Positions 11,106 through 22,751 of a stretch of 64,000 nt of DNA are shown here, piece by piece. The position numbers were made by a program, and so were the translations under genes. The DNA is from Lophium mytilinum (lineage: Eukaryota). Under the pieces are notes generated by a model that had not been told where the DNA came from, made no database searches, and worked only from the letters and a program-made list of their open reading frames with translations. Within the stretch, counting starts at the first letter, position 1. Each line of letters starts with the position of its first letter. The stretch is from assembly GCA_010093605.1 (NCBI GenBank), contig MU004198.1, positions 126,726-190,725 of the forward strand, written 5' to 3'.

Positions 11106-13145
11106 CTATCGTAACGGCACCTTGACATCCTCAACACCGCGCTTCAAAACCTCCTCCAGCCGCCACCGGGGCGGGCTCGCCACAAGCTGGTGCATCTCGC
11201 TGCCCTTCTCCCGCTCCCCCTTCTCCAGCACCTCCTCACCATCTACCGGCTCCGCGCCGCCCGCAACCCCGCTCGAGAACTTGAGCTGTAGCAGGTCGCC
11301 GACCTCGTCGCACGCCGCGAGCATGCGGTCCAGATCGTCCTTGGTATGCGCCGCGCTGACGCAGAAGCGCGCGCGAGAGCTGACAAGCGGCGTGGCGGGG
11401 TAGCCGACCACCACCACCGAGATCTTGCGCTTGAGCATTTCGTGGGAGAAGGCGGGCATCTTGGCGGGGTTGTAGAGCATCACGGGGATGATGGGGGAGT
11501 CGTCGTGGCCGTAGACGATGAAGCCGAGGCGCTTCAAGCCGAGGCGGAGGTAGCGCGAGTTGAACGCGAGACGCTGCAGGCGCTCCTCGCCCTGCCCGGG
11601 GCAGAGGTCGCCGGTGATCATCTTGAGCGAGGAGGCGATCTGCACGAGGATGGGCGGGGTGGGGGATTCAGCGAAGAGCATGGCGGCGTTGGAGACGCGG
11701 AGCTTGTCGATGATGTCTTTGTTAGCGGCGATGTAGCCGCCGTTGGCGCCGAAGGATTTGGTGAGCGTTCCCATGAGGATGTCGACGTTGGAGGGGTCGA
11801 CGCCGAAGTAGTCGCAGACGCCGCGGCCATTGGGCCCGAGCGCACCGACGGAATGGGCCTCGTCGACGAAGAGGTGGAACTTGTACTTTTTCTTGAGCTC
11901 GATGATGGCGGGGAGGTTCACCATAGTACCTTCCATGGAGTAGAGACCCTCGACGGCGACTAGGATCTTCTTCCATGGTCTGTGGGTGCGGGGCTGGCCT
12001 TGAGAGATGACCTCGCGAAGCAGCTTCTCTAGGTCCTTGGTGTCGTTGTGCTTGAACATCCTGATCGCAGATCCAGACAAACGAGCACCGAATCGAATAG
12101 AGGCATGGTTGAGTTCGTCCGAAATCATGAGACAGCCCTTTCCAACCAGGGCCGGGAACGCAGTGGCATTGGTAACGAAGCCCATGGAGAAAACCATAGA
12201 GGCTGGCTTTCCAACGAACTTCGCAATCAAATCCTCGACTTCCACAGCCAAATCAGAGTTACCCGCATCAGCACGAGGACTGACGAGACTGATACCGTGC
12301 TTCTTGACTGCAAGTTCCGCAGAGTCAGCACAAGGACCAACAGATTGAGCAAATCCGAGGTAGTTGTACGAGCTCATATTAAGGGTCTCGGTCGTGGTGC
12401 CATTCAGCGTAAACGTGTTGTTCCCATCCTTTGACGTCCGGTCTAGCAACGTAATGAACCGTCCCGGGACTCCAGTGACCGGTCGTGAAAAGCAATCATT
12501 CAATCTCATCTTCAGCCTGCGCGTGTAAAAGTTGTCGAAATCGCTATTTAACGGAGCATATCCATCGTTCTCCTTCAAGTGAGCATAATGCTTCTGGCGG
12601 AAGCGCTTGCCGAAGAAATCCCGCACATGGCCAAAGACTATGAGAATGAGGTAACTGATATAGGTCGTGATGAGAAAGTAGTATGGCGGCTCGTCTTCAA
12701 CGGGATCGGCGAAGGCTAACGTCTCATCGGCTTGGCTGGTATATCGGTGACTCTGCGAGCCCAATGGCCCAAACTCGGCGTGCGACTTGGCGAGACGGCG
12801 GGCTTCAGCTGGCGAGGGCGGCTGGAAGAGCGTCTGGGGTTCCATTGGCGACTTCTCGCCAGTTGCTGTGGAAAGGGAGATAGTAGGGAGCGATAGAGAG
12901 GACGAGTTGATGCCTTGGGGCGAGGGTGAGTTCAGCAGGAGGTGCTGCTGAGCGACAAGCGCAGCCTGCAGCGCAGCAGCGTCGGATGTCTTTGACTTGG
13001 GAGAGGTCGAGAAGAACTGCGAGAAGCGGGTGTTGACCTTGGAGAAGGAGGATCGGCGTACAGGCTCCTTCTCATTCATCGCATCGAGAGCAGAGGTGAT
13101 GGCGGGAGGACTGTTGGCGAAAGGGTTGATCGTGCGAGTCGGCAT
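11106..13145 (-). CDS. LCB2: Serine palmitoyltransferase catalytic subunit
   Basis: AOS-family motifs NMSSYNYLGF, DELNHASI and DEAHS, with the PLP lysine in GTLTKSFG; intronless 679-aa ORF. Confidence 0.97.
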   Translation of the reverse strand: MPTRTINPFANSPPAITSALDAMNEKEPVRRSSFSKVNTRFSQFFSTSPKSKTSDAAALQAALVAQQHLLLNSPSPQGINSSSLSLPTISLSTATGEKSPMEPQTLFQPPSPAEARRLAKSHAEFGPLGSQSHRYTSQADETLAFADPVEDEPPYYFLITTYISYLILIVFGHVRDFFGKRFRQKHYAHLKENDGYAPLNSDFDNFYTRRLKMRLNDCFSRPVTGVPGRFITLLDRTSKDGNNTFTLNGTTTETLNMSSYNYLGFAQSVGPCADSAELAVKKHGISLVSPRADAGNSDLAVEVEDLIAKFVGKPASMVFSMGFVTNATAFPALVGKGCLMISDELNHASIRFGARLSGSAIRMFKHNDTKDLEKLLREVISQGQPRTHRPWKKILVAVEGLYSMEGTMVNLPAIIELKKKYKFHLFVDEAHSVGALGPNGRGVCDYFGVDPSNVDILMGTLTKSFGANGGYIAANKDIIDKLRVSNAAMLFAESPTPPILVQIASSLKMITGDLCPGQGEERLQRLAFNSRYLRLGLKRLGFIVYGHDDSPIIPVMLYNPAKMPAFSHEMLKRKISVVVVGYPATPLVSSRARFCVSAAHTKDDLDRMLAACDEVGDLLQLKFSSGVAGGAEPVDGEEVLEKGEREKGSEMHQLVASPPRWRLEEVLKRGVEDVKVPLR

Positions 13146-15696
13146 GGCAATTGGCTCAAGCTACGTGGCGGGGAGCGGGTTGTGTATGCCTTGTAGCTGC
13201 GTAGATATACCGCGGGATCAATAGCACTGCCCGGCGTCGCAACGTGCAATTGAGGCGGTGAAGTGGCGAAGGGTACGCGTTTCGAGGGATGTAAAGCTCG
13301 ACTGAAGGACAACGAATATTAGCTTTGAGGCGGTATAGGCAAAGACATTCAAGGCGGCAAAAATGGAGCTGGAGAATGGAGGTGGTGGAGCTATGGGCGT
13401 TGTGGTGGAGTGATGACTATCTATTCGCTCATGCTCCCGGCAGCCACCGGAAGTGGAAACGGCGGATGTTGAAGCTGCAGAGAAGGCACTTACAGAGTCC
13501 GGTGACCGACTCCAGCAATTGACCTGCCTATCTCTCGGGGAGGGTGTAGAAAGACTGGTCGTCGACTAGCAGCGTCTGCAGCGGTAAAGGAGTGTGGTCT
13601 CGTGGCGTCCGAGTCGCGCTGATGGTGTCGCTACAGGGCCAGGAGGAACGCCGCCGAGAAGGGATCAAGAGCTGCAGATGCCGGTATGTCGCTGCTGCAG
13701 GCGGTCGACGATGCAGACCTAGCGGCAGGCTTCGTGCAGGACTTGATCGAGAATTATTAGGAGCTACGAGGAGGGCATGCAGGAGGATACGGGGGCTTCG
13801 GGTTATGGAGGAGCAATTGAAATTAAGAAAACGCCAAGCTGCCGCTCTCTCTCCTAACCCGCCACTCGCTTTTCCCACCGCACGACGGCGCCGTTGAGTC
13901 GGGGCCGTCAGGGGCATCATCAATCCTCACTGGCTGCGTGCACAAATCCCACAATAAATCTGCACTCCAGCGGGCCGCCGTTTTCACTCAGGCCTGCCGC
14001 GGGGACTGCACGCGAGAAAGCCTCGTCGAGCTCCATAAAACGAGCCATATAGGAAGTTGGAGTCTGTACAGTCCCAGACTTCGGATCCGTCGCAATCCTC
14101 GTAACTCGCACAGCATGTCAGCTTTCTCATAAGCCTCACCATTCACCTGCACTGCCCAGCCCCAAGCAGCCTCAGCTTACATCCAGCCGTCATACCCAGC
14201 ATCCCCACAAAACAATTCCAAACGCCGACTGCAAACCCTTCACAAAATGTCACCATGATACCACCGCATCTAGAAGCCACACTTATCCATTCACAAATAA
14301 CACCCATGACGCTCTCAACCCTCATAATAGCACTAGTGCTAGCGCCCGGCAGGGCTTTCTCTCCTCGCGTGCATAACCAGCCAGGGCTCAGCTCGTGCAC
14401 CTCGGCCTCCCGCAAGCCCGGCATCTCCGTTAGTGGCCGGGCCGTCACCACCACCCATGGATAACATATTCTAGGCCCACAGTGCAGTACTCACACGCGA
14501 CGCTGCCATCTCAGGGTACAGTATACATACATCAGGTGATTGAATATCTTTATATTGGGAAACTACCTATGCTAGCATGCCGCATCCCTGTATCCCGCAA
14601 ACAGATTCCGAAGCGCAAAGACGGAAGTAGTAAGAAACCGAGAAAGAATTAGAGGCCCGAAAGAAGTAGAGAACCGCAAGACGTAGAAGAAACCGGTATC
14701 CCTTGGTCTAATCTAGGACCATAGTTCTAATAAAAGATGAGAGGGGAAAACGCAATTAGAGACACACAAAAAGGTATCGCATATACACGCACAGCGCAGA
14801 GAGAAGACTTAAAAAGACACACACACCCCCCTCCACACCGGAAGACCCACGATCGCAAGTGACGGATTTGTTTGAGAGTTTTAGAGAGGTTATCAAGGTA
14901 GTTCCCGAATCATCGACTAAAAACTTCTGCAGAGAGCAGATAAAAGCCCCGTAAATGAGTAGGATGTGTGCCGCACAGCGGCTACTAATCTTCCCCTTTG
15001 CTCACAAAAACTCGCTCGCTCGCTTCCATGCCCTTCTTGCCCGTACTATATCCTCCACACACTCCACCCTCGCACTCGCACTCTGGTAGTAGAGATCTGG
15101 ACAAAGGAAAGATACACAACATAGGAAAAGATAAAAACGAATAAACAAAATGCCAATGCACACACACCCCCAACATGAGATGAACAAAATAGAAGAAAGA
15201 AACAAAGCCAGGCCAATCAATCCCACTTGAAAGAACACCTTCACCTCGTCTTGCTTTCCATCCGTCCCCGACGGCGGCGCAGGCTCCACCAGTCCGCCTT
15301 TCTTATATTCCCGTGTGTTGGTTGTGCCCCGGCCGTTTGTTTCCGCACCCGCAACGCCTTGTGTCCTGCCCGTGTTCGTTCAATCTGCGTAACGGAAGGA
15401 TTGGATTAAGTTCCCAATTCAAAGAATGGGAGTATACTGAATTTTGGTAAAAAGTGAGAAGAAAGTATTTCGAGTTCAGGGTGATGTATCGTGGTTGATG
15501 GCAATGCTAAATTACCATCCGCCAGGTACGCAAACCATGTGAGCCTAAACCGATAGAATTCAGGCCTGTCTCAAGGCTGGAGTCCAAGGGCAAGCTCCAC
15601 ATGTTTGCAGCGCACGTGAGACGCCATCGATGCAGGTATTAGTGATTTTGAGGAGCGAAGAGAAACCGAGTCGAGTTCTGGTCGCTATGCTCATTG

Positions 15697-17536
15697 TCAC
15701 AGTTGGTGATTCTCCGGTGACAGGCTAGACGGGTCGATTGTGCCGAATTGGACTAAATTGTGCATGTCGAGGTCGTCGACGTTGTCTTCCATGGGCGACC
15801 GGTATGGAAGGTTGAGTGTCTGCTTGGCGTACATGTCGGTCAGGGATAGGGCCTCATCCGAAACACCATTATCGTGCGACATCTGGAAGAGGTCGCCTGA
15901 GCCGTCCCGCCCCATCGACGTCAACGGCGGCGACTGGTTCGCAATGACCGGGTCGGGTGGGCCCATCGAAGACATGGGCGACACGGAATGCTGCCCATTC
16001 TGCCCGTTCGACATGGGTGATAGATATGGGATGTTATACTGAGTGTTGAAGTTGGACGCGGGTATGTTGTCGGTTGGGGGTCCCGACGTGAAGAAAGCCG
16101 GGGTGCCGTACTCGGAGGGTGAGTTGGCGGTTGTCGCAGACATGGGATACTGGCGGTAGTCCAAACCATATCCAGCCGAAGTGTCAATGCTCAGGTTCGG
16201 GCCGATGGGGCCTGGCTGCTGGCTGTGGTGCTGGGGAATGGGGGCAAAAATCTCTGGGTTGGGGATGTACGGCGATGGCTCTTGTTGGATCAAAAACGAG
16301 GGCATCGGGTTTCGCAACATGGAAAAGTCGACTGCGACAGGCACCGAACGACTCCGTTGACGCTTGTGGCCACGCCCAGGATGGAGGCCAGGCCCGAACG
16401 GGCCATCGTGAAACATGCCCATGTGCGGATGTGCGATGTGGTTTGGCTGCGACGCCGGCCGGTGGTTGATTGGCGAAACTGGCGCCGAAACAGCGAGCGC
16501 GTTGTGGTCGTAGAGGTTGTGTCGGCTCTGAAACGACTCTAGCGACACCAGTTTGGCCAGCTGCCCGCTGAGCACTTTGGGATGGCCGCCGAGGTGGTGC
16601 ACGAGAACCTGTGACGCCTGCTGCTCCTCGGTGAAATCGCCGCACTGGTAGAATCCTCCGGAACCGGACGAGTCCATGAAGAAGTTTGGCGGCCGGTTCA
16701 ATTCCACGATTAGGCCGCCGGGTCGCTGTGCTGCGCCCTCAGCATTGCTGGCGACGTCCCCGTTTTCGAGGCTGATGTTCTTGATGTAGGCGAAGGGGTA
16801 CTCGATCTTGTAGCCAGCCGAGTCGTTATTGATGTAGTAAGTTACACAGCACTTCTCCGGCGAGTAGAAGATGACGAGGTCCATCGCACTCTGGCCAACG
16901 CGACGCCACGAGCCGATGCTCAGCGAGCGACATGCGAAATGATGAATGACTGTGATACGTTAGACGAGACACAGCTAATGTGATTCACGTAACACTCACC
17001 AACTTTAGAGGAGCTTGTATCGGTATTGAGCATCATGGAGCCACTTCCGTAGCCTGCCAGGGATCCGGATCGACCTAGGGAGAAGTCCCGTCCCATCGAC
17101 TTGCCAGACTCCATAGCTTGCAGGGCAAGATATCGACGCATTGACTCTGGGATGTCGTTGCAGTCCTCGCCGCTCTCGATACTCTTCTTAGCAATGTTCT
17201 TTATCTTCGCTCGCCTATCGAAATCATCAGTATTGGACATGCAGTCCACTCGCGGTGCTCCTACCTGTTCTGGAACCAAATCTGTACAGAGCGCTCTGTC
17301 ATGTTGATCTCCTGGGCAATTCGCTCGCGCACGGCCGCGGTCGGCGTGGGGTTCTTGTTGAATTCCACCTCGAGGGTAACGAGCTGGTCTTGCGTGGCGC
17401 GCTGTCGCTTCTGGTTCTTCTGCTGCTGGGTTAGTGTGCTCTTGCGCGGCGGCCGGCGAGCGGCCGAAGAGCTGGTGGTGGCCGAGGCGGTCGGCGAAGG
17501 TGTCGAAGACATTTTGGTGTCCTCCATTTGCTCCAT
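15697..17536 (-). CDS. pah1: Homeobox transcription factor, PAH1/KAL-1/Phx1 type, 3 exons
   Basis: Homeodomain [10 protein letters not shown]...[14 protein letters not shown] and conserved [19 protein letters not shown] block. Predicted introns at 17215-17264 and 16950-16999 restore the frame. Confidence 0.85.
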
Positions 17537-19622
17537 CGGAAGGACTATGTGTAACGGGGTCCGGATAGAAGAAAGCGACGATCCACCTCGTCTGGGGTCG
17601 TCGTAAGTATTGTCAAATAATAATGTCCAAGCAATGGACGCGGTCGAGGCCGGATTGAATGAATGTAGAGGGCGCAAGCTTCGGGCGCGGGATCGAGTTG
17701 AAAGGAGCGTAGGGGCCGCGGTCGAGAGGTTGTATCGAAGTCACCGTCCAGGCGTGCGTCGAAGTATAGTAAGTAAGCTGCTGGCTGGGAGCAGTAATGG
17801 ATCGACCGAGAGCGATGCTGGCAGAAGCCGAAAGGATGATTGTGGAGTCGTGAGGACTAAGGAGGGGACAGGCAGAGCCCAAAAATGAATGAACGTGAGT
17901 GGAAGCTGGAAGGAGTGACAGCTATCCACGGAAAAGACAACAAGGACGAGAAGAGAACGTGGGCGAGCTCGTACCGACTGAGGTGACGATACAGAGTCCG
18001 TGTGGGAGGAGTAGAGGAGATGATGGAGTCGCGGGTTGTCAGGCTGCGAGTGAAGAAATGAAGGGGCGCGCCTTCCCTAGGGGTTCCAACGACGTAACCG
18101 AATCGGGCGACAGCGCGCACGTCCCAGCTGCCTATTCATAGCCAACGGCTGCCGCAGACTCGACTTGATTCTCTACTCTATCCTATATTGTACTCGTTCC
18201 TCTGACACTATCTTCGCCTGACCATTGGAATGTCCTGCGTACAGACACCGCAGCGTTGACGGGCACCGCGCCCGTGGTCTGCGGCGCGCGGTGGATGGCG
18301 ACACCAAACTGTGTGAGGCTTCTGCCAGGGCCCGCACGGCTAGACGACTTGGAGCCCGGATCAGGCGGCCTGGTGTGCAAGGCGTGTGGAACAGCGCCAG
18401 GAACCGCCCACAGGAGCCGCAGAAAGGCGCAGCTGACGGCGCCAGGAGATCCCAGCGGAGCCCTCGATTGGACAGAAACCCCCGCTCTCCAACAAGCATC
18501 GCAGGCATCGCAGGCATGAACTGCAGGGCTGCTCACCTGGGCTGCTCGTTCGCCGGCGCCGAGAATCATCCTTTTACCCACTGCCCTGGCGAGGGGCAAA
18601 AGCGTGGGACATCTGCATGGACCACACTTCGCATTTCCTCGCGACGGGGTACATTTACACAATTGAACGCTTGCAGGCAGCTTCGTCTACTGCTTGCATA
18701 TGCGTCCCGGGATTTTGGCCTCAATAGCAGCCCGTGGGGTTGAGAATATAGTCAGTGACGGACAATCTCAATCCGCGTCACGTGAATCCGGTCCGCCCTT
18801 GTCCTCTTCCATCGACGCGTTCAGGTGGCTTTCTCCTGCACTCCTGTTATCACCCCGACGCGTGAACACGGCACAAACAAGCACATCCCCCGAATCTTGC
18901 ATGATGCCATCGCCGCCGTTCCCGCTCGATCAAATTGCCGCGGCTTCGTGGCCAATGCCATCCGACGCAGCAGCCCAGACAACGTGATGGCATCTGACAG
19001 GATACGAGGAATACTTCCTCCAGCAAGCAGCATAAACGTATTGCGGCTGACTCGGCATGCGTACCTATCTGCCGAGAATCCCCTGTCTCACGTGCAGTAA
19101 TCGCAGAAAACGCGTGAACGGTTGCTGCTCGGTATGTAAAAAGAGCACGAACAACGGGCGTGTGTACCGTGACTGCTGTCAGACTCAAACGCCGATCTCC
19201 GTTGAACTCATGGGTAGGAGACGGCCGATGAGTTGTATTCTCCTCAGGCAATGGGAGTTGGAAGCTCTTCGCTGACTTCGGCTTTGATACGCCTTGTCAA
19301 TTCCCGGCTGCAAAACGGCGTTGTTTGGGCTTGGGAATCATGACGGCATTGCATCTTGGCCTTACCCACGAACTGTTTCATCGACGCGGTGGGTCATACG
19401 TGTTGCAAGCGAGGCCATGTTCGGGTGTTCGTAGCAGGAAGACATGAAGTTGATTTCATAACGTGTTCCCAAAGGTGTGTACACGTACATACAATGCTAC
19501 TGTCAGTACGTTAGGTTAGCTCCAACTAGAATTTTGCATCACTCTCCATTATCAAAAAGCCAGAACCCAGAAGCACAAGGCCCCAATGCGTTCGCATGAA
19601 TAATACCCCACTTGTTTCATTG

Positions 19623-20908
19623 TCATGACGAGTATTGCAGCTCGACGCCCACAGCCCTGAAGATCTGCTCTCGCCGCTTCAGGTCTAAACTCGCCCCTAA
19701 AGTGAACAGTAGCTCCTTAACGCGGCCTTCCCACAGCACTCCAATCTTCCAGTTCTGGTCGACTCTTGCTTTTAAAACACCCGCCACGTCGTCGTCCGGT
19801 TTTGGCGTCAGTGTGTCCCAATCTGGTCGTAGTTTCTTTACCGCCCATTCCACCTCAGGGTTTCGTCGTTTCCGCCATAGCTCACATCCCACCTGGAGGT
19901 CGCTCTCGTATGAATAGAAATTAAAGTCGAAACGCGTGCACAAGGCCAGATTCTGGCCTGCTTTGACCGCGTAAGTGGAGGAGAGGTTGCCCATTAGCGG
20001 ATTCAGCGTAAGCGTCATCGTGTATGGAAATCCAGTATGGTGCGGCAGCGTCGTAAAGCGCAGGCCGGTACTTATGCCACCACTCTTGTTAAGTATTCCA
20101 TAGTACAGTTCTGCACCTGCGCTGAACCGCCCTTGGACTGGCTCAGCTGTTTCTTGGCCGCTAGGTATTGTAGGCTCTACACGGGGGTCGATTCCAAAGT
20201 TGTATAGCCCGCGCACGCCCATTAAAGCACTGTCGGTGCTATACATATACTCCGTGCTGTATTTGCCATGGTCGTTTTGGAGAAGCCCTAGTATCGTGCC
20301 GCCATTGTTGAGGCTCGAATCGCTCACGCACGATATCCTCAGTTGTCGTGTGGGTGATAGTCGTCGGAGATAGAGCGCCTCGAGTGTAGAGTGTGGGACT
20401 AATATCCGGCCGTAAAGGAGGGTTTCTAGATCATTGTTCAGATAACATCCAGCATAAGGATGCGCGTCAAGGCTCACTCTTTCGATCTATTCGTTTACCG
20501 CCATGCCACAACTCCCACCACGCATCATCATCTGGCCTCCGGAGCTCTTTTAAATGCCGATATCCTCTTATAACACGGTGCAAGTCTATGTCGCAACTCT
20601 TTGCGCTTGTTTGAAGCGGTACCGAGGAGTAAAGATATGAGACAGATCCATCGACAACGCCGACGCTTCCAAGACTGTACGATGTCGCGAAATTCGGCGC
20701 AGCAAGTGACGATAAGTTTAAGCGCAAGCCTCGGGGGGTGTCGAAATCGAGTAAAGCTATGATGATGCGATCAGAATGGTAGTCTTATGGGGCGACAGAG
20801 GGGAAACCAACCTTGCGCGGTCGCATTCAAGGTTCCGTAGGAGTTGTCGCGGTTCCAATCGGTTGATTCAGCGAATGCATTCTGGACATAATCCATAAAA
20901 CCGAGCAT
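19623..20908 (-). CDS. MDM10: Mitochondrial distribution and morphology protein 10 (ERMES/SAM beta-barrel), 3 exons
   Basis: [35 protein letters not shown] and C-terminal GVELQYSS. Predicted introns at 20757-20811 and 20426-20477. Confidence 0.95.
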
Positions 20909-21240
20909 CTCTAAAGTCGTTGAGCAACATTGTGAGCCCTCAAAGGCAGCAATGACGAGCCCCGAGGTCAAAGTCGGGCCCCTCGACACGCACGTGCCGC
21001 AATGCCAAGATATCTGGTTCCCGCTAAAGTGGACCGCATCGAAAAGTTTCTAAATTTCACATCTGGACGACACGTCCTTCACCAACCAGGAATTGCAACG
21101 CTTTCACGACCTACAGTGCCTATTATCGCAGAAAGAAACCTGGTCCAGTTTTAGAGGCCAAGTTTCCCGACTACAAACAGTAGTCTTCGCACATAGCGAC
21201 TCACTAAGACCTTCAAAACCCCACCTCCAAACCACCCAAA

Positions 21241-22121
21241 ATGCCGAAATCCAAGCGCGCGAAGGTCATCCACATGTCCAAGACGGACAAAAAGGGCAAA
21301 GAACTCTCCCAAAAGCTGTTCGCAAACGTCCGCGAAGCAGCAGACACATACCAATACATCTTCGTCTTTTCTGTCGAAAACATGCGCAACACCTACCTAA
21401 AAGAGGTGCGCTCAGAATTCGCCGATAGCAGGTAATTCTCCTCTCTTCTTGTATACCACAGTCTATACTATTAGCAGACTCTTTTCAACACTATACCTTG
21501 TACTACACTTTCGCAAAACTCATAAAACTGACCTCCAACCCCCAGACTCTTCTTCGGCAAAACAAAAGTAATGGCCAAAGCCCTCGGCCTCACCGACTCC
21601 GACGAGCACCTCCCGAACCTGCACGCCTTGACACCCTACCTCGCCGGCAACGTCGGCCTCCTCTTCACGTCCCGCGACCCCTCCACCATCCTCTCCCACT
21701 TTGCCGCCTACACGCAGACCGACTACGCGCGCGCTGGTATCCCTGCCACGCAGACATTCACCGTGCCCGCTGGAACCGTGTACTCGCGCGGCGGCGAGCT
21801 CGCTGTTGAGGACGACGTGCCGCTGCCCCACTCGCTGGAAGTGACGGTGCGCAAGTGGGGGATGCCCACCAGGCTGGTATCGGGGAAAGTCGTACTAGAG
21901 GATGAGTATACGGTGTGCACAGAGGGCCAGGTGTTGAATAGCAATCAGACGGCGCTGCTGAAGATGTTTGGGGTGGCGATGGCCGAGTTTAGGGTGGATA
22001 TGAAGGCGTGAGTTATCTCCTGATTAATGAGACTGTGGTGGTTGGGGTCTGACTAACGGGGCTTAGGTACTATTCTGCGGCGACGCAGGAGGTCAAGGAG
22101 GTTGAGGCGATGGAGGAGTAG
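21241..22121 (+). CDS. MRT4: Ribosome assembly factor Mrt4 (uL10 paralogue), 3 exons
   Basis: MPKSKRAKVIHMSKT, NMRNTYLK, LFFGKTKVM, DYARAG. Predicted introns at 21432-21545 and 22008-22066; TAG at 22119-22121. Confidence 0.95.
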
Positions 22122-22751
22122 CGTTGGACGTGAAGAGAGTGTTTGGAGGTTTTCACGTTTAGCTTAGGAGGTGATGATGGGTTGCGTCACGGCTGTTCTG
22201 TCTGATCTTATAGAAAACTGCATGGTCAAGGCGTTTGGGTCAATGGCGTTCTCGAAAGAGGTAGTAGAAGGGACAGTATAACATGTCCTTTATATCCAGC
22301 CTATGTAAGTTTTATACCTACTCGTATAACCGGCATCGTTGCCCAACAGCTGGTTTAGATACAGTACTAAGCCACAAGTCTGGGCACATAGACTCATTAC
22401 AGCTTGGCTCCAACTTGCTCGCTCGACACCACTGTCGGGGGTACCCTGGCTGTTGAGCAGCCAATTAGTCAAGAGGTAGTCCAATCTGCACTGCTTGAAC
22501 CTCGACATCACCCTTGGATCTTCGAAATCCTGTGGGGGAACCCCATGCGGTGTCGAGCTAGTGTGCCCAGACTTGTGGCCTGTAACTGTATATCACTACC
22601 ATATGCGTTCATGTTTTCGCAGTGTCTGTTTTGCGGCCCCGTAGAACTGAATGACGGGAAACAGAGTTTTGCCGTGCGTTATTCCCGGTTGACGAGAGCG
22701 TTGATAGCTCTAGCTAGCACTGGATGTAACACAGCAACAATCCTTCCGCGT

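Noticed and set aside
17613..19300. Cluster of overlapping 80-170 aa ORFs upstream of the homeobox gene
   Set aside because: This is a GC-rich promoter/5' leader with ORFs in all frames and no protein-like signal.
22171..22205. GTGATGA...CTGA box C/D-like pair after MRT4
   Set aside because: It spans only about 35 nt and has no identifiable rRNA guide.
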